This document shows, piece by piece, positions 56,494 through 64,000 of a DNA stretch of 64,000 nucleotides. The notes beneath the pieces were generated by a model. The model saw only the letters and a list, made by a program, of their open reading frames with translations. It was not told the origin of the DNA and made no database searches. The stretch comes from a bacterium (lineage in GTDB: Bacteria > Patescibacteriota > Saccharimonadia > Saccharimonadales > SZUA-47): NCBI GenBank assembly GCA_030427365.1, contig JAUHWW010000002.1, positions 48 to 64,047 on the forward strand, read 5' to 3'. The position numbers and the translations under genes are program-made. Positions within the stretch are counted from its first letter, which is position 1, and the number at the start of each line of letters is the position of its first letter.

Positions 56494-57945
56494 ATGAGCT
56501 ATGACCACAAAGAATTGACTGCCCTAGTCGATGAGCTTAGAAATCTAGGCTCAGAACAAGAGTGGATTGAGTTCAAGAAAGATAATTTCCAGCCAGATGT
56601 AATCGGGCAAGCCATTTCAGCCCTTTCGAACGCTGCAGCATTACACGGTAAGGACAAGGCTTACCTAGTTTATGGCATAAAAGATGACACTCACGAAGTG
56701 ATAGGCACTATATTTGACCTCGCGAAGGAACGCGTTGGAGCCGAGGAGCTTGAAAACTGGCTAAATAAGATGCTCGACCCCAAGATAAACTTTATTTGTC
56801 ATGAGTTTGAGTACGTACCGGGAACTAAAGTTGTAGTGATAGAGATAGATGCCGCCTCATCTTACCCAGTCAGCTTCAAGAAAGCATGTTACATTCGTGT
56901 TGGTAGCTACACGAAACCAATCTCAGCCCACCGTGGAAAAGAAAAAGCACTCTGGAGCAAGCTTGAAAAGAAAACTTTTGAGCTCGAGCTGGCAAAAACA
57001 AACCTCAGCAATGACGAGGTGCTTACACTACTAGATTACAATGAGGCCTTCAAAAAGCTCGGCATTCGCCTGCCAGATGACAAGTCTAGCATTATAGAAA
57101 AACTCATTGAAAATGAACTCGTAACTAAGTCCAAAGGTCGGCTAGCCATTACAAACCTGGGGGCGGTGCTGTTTGCAGTCGATCTGACAAAGTTTGATGG
57201 TTTAGCAAGACGTGCAGTACGTGTAGTCAAGTACGATGGTAAGGACAAGCTCGAGACCGAGCGAGAGTTTCGTGGCAAAAAAGGCTATGCGTTAGGTGTT
57301 GACAATATTGTCAGCCTTATAGCTACAATAACCCCGGCAGAGGAGGTTATGGAAGGTGCTTCACTAATAAAAAAGTTTGCATACCCTCAACGTGCAGTAC
57401 GTGAGCTAGTCGCCAACGCATTAATCCACCAAGACTTTAGCATTGGTGGTGCTGGCCCAATGATAGAAATCTTTGACAACCGAGTTGAAATATCAAACCC
57501 AGGTACGCCACTAGTTGATGTACAAAGAATCATTGACCATAGCCCGAGGAGTAGAAATGAAAAGCTTGCTGGCACAATGGCCAGAATGGGTATTTGTGAA
57601 GAACGTGGCAGTGGTGTAGATAAGGTTGTTATTGAGTGTGAGATGAGCCAGTTACCGGCTCCCGAATTCATCGTTGAAGATGATTTTACACGTACGAAAC
57701 TATTCGCTTATAGAACACTTAGAGACATGACGAGGGAAGATAAAATACGAGCTACCTACTATCATGCTGTAATTAAATACATTACTGATGGTTATATGGA
57801 AAACAATACACTCCGGGAACGTTTCGGTATTGCCAAGGAAAACTATCCCACTGCTTCCAACATTATCAGACTAGCTTTAGACGCAGGTGCCATTAAGACA
57901 CGTGACTCAGATACCGCGACAAAGTACGTGCCGTTTTGGGCGTAA
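56494..57945 (+). CDS. Schlafen/AlbA_2 domain plus HATPase_c_4 plus wHTH protein (COG2865-like)
   Basis: About 483 aa. N-terminal AlbA_2-like EWIEFKKD...YLVYGI. Central RELVANALIHQDF...IEIFDNRVEISNPG. C-terminal HTH-like region. The track ORF starts at TTG 56491. TATACT at 56481-56486 lies 7 nt before the ATG, so the mRNA may be leaderless. Confidence 0.85.
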   Translation: MSYDHKELTALVDELRNLGSEQEWIEFKKDNFQPDVIGQAISALSNAAALHGKDKAYLVYGIKDDTHEVIGTIFDLAKERVGAEELENWLNKMLDPKINFICHEFEYVPGTKVVVIEIDAASSYPVSFKKACYIRVGSYTKPISAHRGKEKALWSKLEKKTFELELAKTNLSNDEVLTLLDYNEAFKKLGIRLPDDKSSIIEKLIENELVTKSKGRLAITNLGAVLFAVDLTKFDGLARRAVRVVKYDGKDKLETEREFRGKKGYALGVDNIVSLIATITPAEEVMEGASLIKKFAYPQRAVRELVANALIHQDFSIGGAGPMIEIFDNRVEISNPGTPLVDVQRIIDHSPRSRNEKLAGTMARMGICEERGSGVDKVVIECEMSQLPAPEFIVEDDFTRTKLFAYRTLRDMTREDKIRATYYHAVIKYITDGYMENNTLRERFGIAKENYPTASNIIRLALDAGAIKTRDSDTATKYVPFWA

Positions 57946-57948
57946 TCC

Positions 57949-58034
57949 ACATGTAATCGAGCATCGGTATTTCGTACAACAACAATTTTTCACCCCTGTA
58001 AAAAATACTTATACACATGTAATCAACATGTAAT
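57949..58034 (+). repeat. three direct copies of ACATGTAAT
   Basis: Copies at 57949-57958, 58015-58024 and 58026-58034, just downstream of the AlbA_2 gene. Confidence 0.6.
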
Positions 58035-58056
58035 TGGAAGAGGATGGGGTTGCTGA

Positions 58057-58136
58057 GACTGGGAGCCTTTACTGAGAGAGCCGGCAGTTCTAGACCCAGC
58101 TGCCTGTCTCTGTTAACTGGGGTACTGCTCCCAGTC
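58057..58136. other. about 80-nt imperfect long hairpin
   Basis: Outer perfect 10-bp stem GACTGGGAGC/GCTCCCAGTC. Inner AGAGA/TCTCT and GGCAG/CTGCC stems. Confidence 0.55.
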
Positions 58137-58139
58137 ACT

Positions 58140-58198
58140 GCTTCCACCTGTTAAGCTCTTTTGCAGATGAGTTGTAGTTCGATTTTAGACGCGCTACC
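58140..58198 (+). repeat. tRNA-pseudogene-like direct repeat D1 (partner of C1)
   Basis: GCTTCCACCTGTTAAGCTCTTTTGCAGATGAGTTGTAGTTCGATTTTAGACGCGCTACC. Its last bases overlap the ftsB-like stop codon. Confidence 0.7.
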
Positions 58199-58637
58199 CG
58201 CCGAAAAAGAAGTTCATCCAAGCTTCAAAGTTGCGCTGGTAGGCTGGTTTCGTAGACTCAGGCTCAATGGTTTCGCTATCGAGCGGCGTTTTAAGCGCGG
58301 CAAGAGCTGTTTCTTCAGTAATGGTATAGACACGCTCACCTTCGGCAGCAACGCCGTTCACGCGGCGCGCCTTCAGCTCTGCAAATTCCGGCGTTTTATA
58401 GTACTCAATTTCCAGCTCTCGGTTGCGGTTCTGCAGCTCGAGAACGCGGTTTTCTTCTTCTAAAATTGCAATCTTCTCAGTCAGCTCGTAGTTCTGCTGC
58501 ACCACTTTCGCACCGTTGTAAACAACCGCTAATCCAATCAGCCCAAGTAGCAACACGCCAAGCAAGCGGGGGTCGTCTAAGCCCTTTTCGGCCAGCTTAT
58601 TGCGAATGATTTCTATTTTTGTGCGGATAAGATCCAT
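58194..58637 (-). CDS. septum formation initiator (FtsB/DivIC-like)
   Basis: 147 aa. One TM followed by a leucine-zipper-like coiled coil (LTEKIAILEEENRVLELQNRNRELE). Confidence 0.75.
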   Translation of the reverse strand: MDLIRTKIEIIRNKLAEKGLDDPRLLGVLLLGLIGLAVVYNGAKVVQQNYELTEKIAILEEENRVLELQNRNRELEIEYYKTPEFAELKARRVNGVAAEGERVYTITEETALAALKTPLDSETIEPESTKPAYQRNFEAWMNFFFGG

Positions 58638-58662
58638 ACCTGTATTCTAGCAAAAGTGCTTT

Positions 58663-58738
58663 TGGTGGGGGTACCTGGATTTGAACCAGGGACCAATCGG
58701 TTATGAGCCGACTGCTCTAACCCCTGAGCTATACCCCC
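58663..58738 (-). tRNA. tRNA-CAU, elongator type (Ile2-lysidine or Met), CCA encoded
   Basis: 76-nt cloverleaf: GGGGGTA/TACCCCC acceptor, CTCATAA loop, CCTGG-TTCAAAT-CCAGG T arm. The variable and T region resembles E. coli ileX as I recall it. Confidence 0.92.
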
Positions 58739-58811
58739 ATCAAAAATACTTTTAATCCGCCCAATTATACCTTGGGAAGGTCATTTTCGCTAGGAGTAGC
58801 GATAAGATGAA

Positions 58812-59354
58812 TTACTCGCTCAAGGTCTTCACTGCTGCGACGAAGTCGTCTTTGATGCTAGAAAGCGATTCGTCAATGTTCTTGAACTGTCCCTGTTCAT
58901 CAAATGTCTCTTGCGTCAGTTGAACGGCCATGTCGCGCTCAAGTGTCTGCACCTTCAACCAACCGAGGATGTCTTTCAGATGTGATGAGGCACTTTTGCC
59001 ACCATCGACATAGCCATAACTGACAATAGCTGCTGGCTTATCGTTCCATTCAGCGACGAGATAGTCGAGTGCGTTCTTCAGCGACGCATTTATACTGCGG
59101 TTGTACTCTGGCGTCACAAACACAAACGCTTCAGCCTCGGCGATTTGTGCAGCCCAGGCCTTACCTTCTTCTGTTTCTGTTGGCATGTAAGCCGGTGGCA
59201 CCATGGCGTCAAAAAACGGCAAATTAATTTCCTGCAGATCTAGCACCTGAAGATCAACGCCAGCTTCTTTTGCAGTAGAGACGAGCCAATCAGCGATTGG
59301 TTTACCGACGCGGCCTTTGCGAGTTGATCCGATAATGAGTTTGATTGTTTTCAT
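58812..59354 (-). CDS. NADPH-dependent FMN reductase
   Basis: 180 aa. MKTIKLIIGSTRKGRVG N-terminus typical of FMN_red. Confidence 0.85.
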   Translation of the reverse strand: MKTIKLIIGSTRKGRVGKPIADWLVSTAKEAGVDLQVLDLQEINLPFFDAMVPPAYMPTETEEGKAWAAQIAEAEAFVFVTPEYNRSINASLKNALDYLVAEWNDKPAAIVSYGYVDGGKSASSHLKDILGWLKVQTLERDMAVQLTQETFDEQGQFKNIDESLSSIKDDFVAAVKTLSE

Positions 59355-59452
59355 AAGATGCCCTTTTCATTTAACTTTACTTTGTATAGTAACTATCGTA
59401 GCGCACGTAGCTATACTTTGTAAAGTTAGTTCATGCTAAACTATACACAATT

Positions 59453-59806
59453 ATGTCGTTTGAAGAAGCAACTGATACGAAAACAAGCGTCGAGTCATCG
59501 CCCGGCTGTATTCAGGCTGCACTGCATATTCTGGGCGATAAATGGACTCCCCTTCTCATCGGACAGCTCGTCGAAAGCAAACGAACATTCAGCGACCTGG
59601 AGAAACACTTAACCGGCATCAGCCCACGTACATTAAGCGCACGCCTCGAGAAGCTCCAAACCGAAGGCATTATTGCAAAAAGCCAATACTCCGACCATCC
59701 ACAACGCTTTTCATATGAGCTGACAGGCAAAGGCCGCGGCCTGACCGACATCCTCGCCTCAATGGCAAAGTGGGGTGAAACGCATAAACCAGCAGATCGC
59801 GCCTAA
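59453..59806 (+). CDS. HxlR-family transcriptional regulator
   Basis: 117 aa. LGDKWTPLLIGQL...FSDL...ISPRTLSARLEKL pattern. Divergent from the FMN reductase. Confidence 0.9.
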   Translation: MSFEEATDTKTSVESSPGCIQAALHILGDKWTPLLIGQLVESKRTFSDLEKHLTGISPRTLSARLEKLQTEGIIAKSQYSDHPQRFSYELTGKGRGLTDILASMAKWGETHKPADRA

Positions 59807-60741
59807 GCGAGAAGTTCTAGCGCCTCTTCCGCAGAAGTGGGTTCCATAATTTTGGCGCGCAGCTCTGATGCGCCTGGGAAATCGGAAATATAAATCTTAG
59901 CGAATTTCTTTAGCGGGTTGAAGGGACGCTCACCATTGGGATACTTTTCCCTGTGCATTTCGATTTGCTTTTTTAGAAGAGCGATTCGATCTTCTTTGGA
60001 TGTGCCTTGCCAGATTTCTTCTGCATTCTCTGCAAAACAGTACGGGTTGTGAAACACCCCACGCCCAATCATCACGCCATCGACACCGTACTCTTCTACC
60101 AGTTGCTCACCATGCGCTCGATCGCGAATATCGCCATTCAGAATAATCTTGGTCTCCGGCGATAACGTATTTCTTAGCTCAACAATCGGCTTGATATCTT
60201 CCCAGCGTGCTGGCACTTTGCTCATTTCTTTGGTCGTGCGGACATGCACGGTGAGCACCCATGGTTTGTAATGCAGCAAGAACTCATGCCACGAATAGTC
60301 AAGCTCATGGAACCCTAGCCGCGTTTTGAAACTCACTGGAAAATCACCAGCTCCCTCAAGCGTGGCTTCAATGATATCTGCCGCTTGCGGACGAAGTTCA
60401 ATCTGCTGGAGTGCGGAACAACAACCTGCTTTTACCTCAGATTTAGCCGGGCAACCAAAGTTCAAATCGATTCCGGAAAATCCAGGGATCGTGCCGTCAG
60501 CAATTTCACTGGCAATCTGCCTAAAATTCTCTGATTTCTTTCCCCAAATCTGAGCAATGACAGGGGCAGTATCAAGTGAAGCATCCAGTTTGCGCATAAG
60601 TTTCGGGCGGCCTGGGCTGCAGAGTCCATCGACGTTCACAAACTCGGTCATCGTGTAATCAGGGGTAGCGCAATCAGCAACAACACGGCGAAATACCGTA
60701 TCCGTCACATCATCCATTGGTGCTAGGAGAAAAAATCCCAT
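59803..60741 (-). CDS. dus: tRNA-dihydrouridine synthase
   Basis: 312 aa. LAPMDDVTD N-terminus, GIDLNFGCP catalytic Cys region, TIM-barrel layout. Confidence 0.9.
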   Translation of the reverse strand: MGFFLLAPMDDVTDTVFRRVVADCATPDYTMTEFVNVDGLCSPGRPKLMRKLDASLDTAPVIAQIWGKKSENFRQIASEIADGTIPGFSGIDLNFGCPAKSEVKAGCCSALQQIELRPQAADIIEATLEGAGDFPVSFKTRLGFHELDYSWHEFLLHYKPWVLTVHVRTTKEMSKVPARWEDIKPIVELRNTLSPETKIILNGDIRDRAHGEQLVEEYGVDGVMIGRGVFHNPYCFAENAEEIWQGTSKEDRIALLKKQIEMHREKYPNGERPFNPLKKFAKIYISDFPGASELRAKIMEPTSAEEALELLA

Positions 60742-60747
60742 TGACTA

Positions 60748-61563
60748 TTAACTTTTTGTTGTAGAGGTATCAGACTTGTGTAAATCTATACCTTCCGTTT
60801 CACAGAAATTTCTTATTGCGCCCAATTTTTTACCCCACAATGCGAGCTGCTTCCTGGTATAACCAACTGAAGCGTACAAAATTTTTCTATAGTCTCGAGG
60901 GTTTACCGCACCCCTTTCTAGCTCATTAGCAAAGGCAAGGATACTGTTGGCAACAGTGCGCGCACGTGTATCGCCCCCCTGGAATGCATCATCCATGTTC
61001 GCTGCTATACCATTCGCTAGTTCTTGAAGTAACTCAATCATTACACCTACATCTTCGTCGTTAAGTGCTTCGCCTTCTTTGACTTTAAGCATTACAACTG
61101 CCCCTGTTTCAACTCTTTCTTTGGCAGCTTTAAAGTGCAGTGCTGTCATCCTTCTATTAGTGTGTACGGCGGCACGGCCTATTTCACCTAGTTTTTCAGG
61201 TGTCCTCTCAGACGGGTCTAGGTTCTTCCCTGAACGTTGCTGGCTTCCGTAATAGACATTCTCTGGGGTGGCTCGACCTTCAGCTCTTTGAATCAGGTCA
61301 AAAGGCTTTTTAACTCTTCCTATCCAGTTTGAAACTTCTTGCTGAAGCTCCGGTGTTAGATCAATGCTCTGATCTGTTTCCGGTGAATAACCGATTTCCC
61401 TCGCGAGCGGTTCAAACGGTATAGTTGGTTGTTGGGATCGAGGAGTTGTTAACTCGTTCAGACGACGTGCTTCAGCCCAATCTGGCCAGTTGAAGTATAA
61501 TTCATCGTAGTATTCACCTACTCTGGCTTCTAGTACTTCTGGTGAAAAATCACTGTCGCTCAT
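60748..61563 (-). CDS. hypothetical protein
   Basis: 271-aa ORF with no recognisable motif. Confidence 0.55.
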   Translation of the reverse strand: MSDSDFSPEVLEARVGEYYDELYFNWPDWAEARRLNELTTPRSQQPTIPFEPLAREIGYSPETDQSIDLTPELQQEVSNWIGRVKKPFDLIQRAEGRATPENVYYGSQQRSGKNLDPSERTPEKLGEIGRAAVHTNRRMTALHFKAAKERVETGAVVMLKVKEGEALNDEDVGVMIELLQELANGIAANMDDAFQGGDTRARTVANSILAFANELERGAVNPRDYRKILYASVGYTRKQLALWGKKLGAIRNFCETEGIDLHKSDTSTTKS

Positions 61564-61591
61564 GAACTAATTATACCTATAGCAAACAAAA

Positions 61592-61918
61592 CTAGCTTTT
61601 GTTGTTAAAAAAGGCTCTAGCAGCAAGCTGCCCTGACTGTTGCGATGTTGTTAATCGCTGTGGACTTCTTCCCCTCATTGCATCTACCTTGGCTTTTACA
61701 TCATCGGGCATACCCACAATTAGGTCATCTTTTGTCTGCTCATCTACCGCCTCTGCAGCATCACTCAGTCTTGCACCAGGAAAGTCCTGTCTACCATGAT
61801 CACTTGGTAGTTCATCGCTTTTTATTGCACCAGTCATATCTGCTGCTGCTCTTTGCTGCGCTTGGGCAATAAGATCTAACTGATCTTGAGTAAAATTAGG
61901 AGAATTACTTGATTCCAT
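61592..61918 (-). CDS. hypothetical small protein
   Basis: 108-aa ORF, polar and likely disordered. Confidence 0.45.
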   Translation of the reverse strand: MESSNSPNFTQDQLDLIAQAQQRAAADMTGAIKSDELPSDHGRQDFPGARLSDAAEAVDEQTKDDLIVGMPDDVKAKVDAMRGRSPQRLTTSQQSGQLAARAFFNNKS

Positions 61919-61956
61919 TTTTTTATTATATCACACTTATGCTAGTAAATCAATGT

Positions 61957-63063
61957 CTACTCCCAGCGGAAGACTTTGAAGGCAATGAAATAGATGATTA
62001 CCGTCCAGGCGCCAATCACCGCAAGCTGCGGGCCGAGATCAAAAATAGTCTGCCCTTCAGCCATAATGAAGCGTAATCCATCAACGACCGGCGTCAGTGG
62101 AATAAAACGTGTAATCGCTTGCAGCCATTCCGGCATCAAGAAAACTGGGAAAAACACGCCTGATAGGAACATCATTGGGAAGCTGACGAGGTTCGATAGC
62201 GGTGCTGCTTGGTTTGCGTCCCGTGCCCAGCCAGCAATCGCCATGCCAAAACCAAACAGACACGTCGTCGAGAGAATCGTAAACAGCGACAAGCTGATAA
62301 TATCTCCCCGAATCGTGAAGTCAAAGAACAGCAAGGCAACCGCAATCTGCAGCGCAACTGCAATGATGCCAACAAACACTCGGTTTATCCCTGTCGCGAC
62401 AATCAGCTGCCACGTCTTAATCGGTGAGACCCGCATGCGGCGCAATGCACCAGCCTTTTTATCACCGGTAAATCCTTCACTCATGCTGAAAATACCCAAG
62501 GAGAGAATAGAAAATCCGATAAGGCCAGACACGGTGTAATCAAGCCGAGATAGATCTGATGTTTGAATTGGCTGGGCATTTACGGTGAACGGTTCTGGCT
62601 GCTGACCAACTAGCTCACTGTTGATTGACGAAAATACCGAATCAAGCACCGCCTGCAATGTCGCCGAAAGTTGCTCGTCACCCTGATCATAAAATACTTC
62701 TAGCTCGCCGGATGGCGTGCCTGCTTCGCTGACCTCACCAAAAGATTCTGGCATGACTAAAATTGCGTCCAGCTCACCGCGTCCGAGCTTTTCCTCGGCG
62801 CTCTCCCTGTCTGCGGCGTCCTCATCGATTGTGAAAACATCACTGCCGCCCAGATTCTCTACAAAATTACTCGAAAACTCACTCTGTGAGTTGTTGATAA
62901 GCGCAACATCAAAGTTCGGCCCATCGCCGCCACTGAAAATCGTGCCAAAAATCAATAAGAAAATAAGCGGAAAGAGAAAGGTGAAAAACAGCGCGACTTT
63001 ATCGCGAAAATAGCGCTTGGTAAAGGCCGTGGCCATGCTGAGCACTTGCTTCATGTCTTTCAT
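61957..63063 (-). CDS. ABC-2 type exporter permease
   Basis: 368 aa. N-terminal TM, a large extracytoplasmic loop, then 5 TM. Confidence 0.85.
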   Translation of the reverse strand: MKDMKQVLSMATAFTKRYFRDKVALFFTFLFPLIFLLIFGTIFSGGDGPNFDVALINNSQSEFSSNFVENLGGSDVFTIDEDAADRESAEEKLGRGELDAILVMPESFGEVSEAGTPSGELEVFYDQGDEQLSATLQAVLDSVFSSINSELVGQQPEPFTVNAQPIQTSDLSRLDYTVSGLIGFSILSLGIFSMSEGFTGDKKAGALRRMRVSPIKTWQLIVATGINRVFVGIIAVALQIAVALLFFDFTIRGDIISLSLFTILSTTCLFGFGMAIAGWARDANQAAPLSNLVSFPMMFLSGVFFPVFLMPEWLQAITRFIPLTPVVDGLRFIMAEGQTIFDLGPQLAVIGAWTVIIYFIAFKVFRWE

Positions 63064-63818
63064 TCGCGCAAATCCTTTCCGGTGAGATCAATAAATACGT
63101 CTTCAAGGTCTGCTTGTTTGACCTCTTTCGTTTTCTTAAAGCCCTTCTTGAGCAGATTCTTAATCAGTTTGTCCGGCGTATCGAGCGCAATAATCTCCCC
63201 CTCATCCATAATTGCAATGCGGTCACAGAGCAGCTCTGCCTCCTCCATGTAGTGAGTCGTCATGACTACCGTAATGCCCTTTTTCTTGATTGACTGCACG
63301 AGCTCCCATAAATTACGGCGAGCCTGCGGATCGAGGCCTGTTGTCGGCTCATCGAGAAATAGCACTTTCGGCTTATTCACAAGCGCCGACGCCACTGAAA
63401 AACGTTGCTTCTGTCCGCCCGAAAGCTCTTTCACTTGCGCTTTGGCCTTTTCTTCTAGATTGACCTCTGCAAGCAATTCATCAGGGTGCGCAGATTGGTT
63501 GTACAGCCCAGCAAACATAATAAGTAGCTCGCGAAGTGTGAGATTGTCATAAAAACCGCTACTTTGCAGCTGGACACCGATGATCTCTTTGACCTTGTTC
63601 GGATGCTTGGCAACGTTGATGCCTTCGAGCACTACTTCTCCGCCGTCGATTGGTCGGAGCGCTTCGATCATCTCGAGCGTTGTCGTTTTCCCTGCGCCGT
63701 TCGGGCCAAGGATGCCAAAGACTTCCCCACGCTCAACAGTAAAATCAACGCCTTTTACAACGGTTGTCTTGCCGTATTTCTTTGTTAGGCCCTCTACCGT
63801 GATCGCTACTTTGCTCAT
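63060..63818 (-). CDS. ABC transporter ATP-binding protein
   Basis: Walker A GPNGAGKTT, signature LSGGQKQR, Walker B LFLDEPT. Overlaps the permease start. Confidence 0.95.
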   Translation of the reverse strand: MSKVAITVEGLTKKYGKTTVVKGVDFTVERGEVFGILGPNGAGKTTTLEMIEALRPIDGGEVVLEGINVAKHPNKVKEIIGVQLQSSGFYDNLTLRELLIMFAGLYNQSAHPDELLAEVNLEEKAKAQVKELSGGQKQRFSVASALVNKPKVLFLDEPTTGLDPQARRNLWELVQSIKKKGITVVMTTHYMEEAELLCDRIAIMDEGEIIALDTPDKLIKNLLKKGFKKTKEVKQADLEDVFIDLTGKDLRE

Positions 63819-63845
63819 CGCTATTTAGTATACCGACTGCGGTGG

Positions 63846-63877
63846 AAATAAAAAGACCCCGGTTGCCCAGGGTCTTT
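63846..63877 (-). terminator. intrinsic terminator upstream of the ABC operon
   Basis: Minus strand reads AAAGACCC...GGGTCTTT followed by TTTATTTCC. Confidence 0.6.
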
Positions 63878-63894
63878 CTGCAATCATTATATGA

Positions 63895-64000
63895 TTATTT
63901 CTTGCGGCTGACGGTAAGGAATCCGTTTCGTGGATTCTCATTAACCTGCATACCAGCTGGTACTGAATCAACACCAGTGTCTGGACGCTCGTCTTTTGAG
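63895..64000 (-). CDS. 3' end of an unidentified gene (partial)
   Basis: The minus-strand frame is open from the window edge to TAA at 63897-63895 (...PAGMQVNENPRNGFLTVSRKK*). Confidence 0.4.
   Translation of the reverse strand, partial: SKDERPDTGVDSVPAGMQVNENPRNGFLTVSRKK

Noticed and set aside
56218-58156. Integron-like reading: GTTAAGC at 56218-56224 and 58150-58156 fits the attC R' core GTTRRRY, and single-gene cassettes are followed by hairpins
   Set aside because: I could find no inverse core RYYYAAC paired with it in the upstream hairpin, and no intI gene in the window. The repeats are better explained as tRNA-pseudogene copies. This is kept only as an alternative to test.
1-64000. 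CRISPR arrays, rRNA genes, transposases/IS elements, integrases, toxin-antitoxin pairs
   Set aside because: I saw no regularly spaced short repeats and no rRNA-like conserved blocks. No ORF in the track has a DDE, tyrosine- or serine-recombinase or TA motif that I could recognise.

Overview
This is 64 kb of a compact, gene-dense bacterial chromosome with short spacers and many ATGA/TAATG stop-start overlaps. The gene content suggests a small-genome monoderm, possibly Patescibacteria/Saccharibacteria-like, but that is inference from content only. Core genes include recA, a secretin-less type IV pilus operon (pilB-pilC-pilin-pilM-pilN-pilO plus an odd tandem pilin-domain protein), yebC-ruvC-ruvA-ruvB, lepA, murJ, ftsH and tilS. 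Also present are a P-type ATPase, a CcdA/flavoprotein redox operon, an OmpR/HK pair, an ABC exporter, and four tRNAs (Lys-UUU plus all three CAU species). The HrcA heat-shock regulon is dispersed: hrcA-grpE, dnaK, dnaJ and hsp20 each carry their own CIRCE operator. The most unusual region is 52.86-58.21 kb. Starting at an initiator-like tRNA-CAU, three small cargo cassettes (aldo-keto reductase; purC+purE; a Schlafen/AlbA_2-HATPase protein) are separated by long noncoding spacers. Those spacers are built from degenerate tRNA 3'-end copies, tRNA pseudogenes, copied terminators and shared sequence modules, and no recombinase gene is visible. A related cargo-less unit sits behind tRNA-Lys at 12.9 kb. 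Other points of interest:
- a consensus promoter driving a 52-aa Lys/Ser-rich CxxC microprotein, followed by about 470 bp of hairpin-rich noncoding DNA
- an AT-rich orphan cluster next to a Pif1-like helicase between dnaK and dnaJ
- tandem ATP-grasp ligases
- tandem guanylate-kinase-like paralogs
- a frameshifted Nudix gene
All calls rest on hand reading of the sequence and motif recognition. No database search was run.
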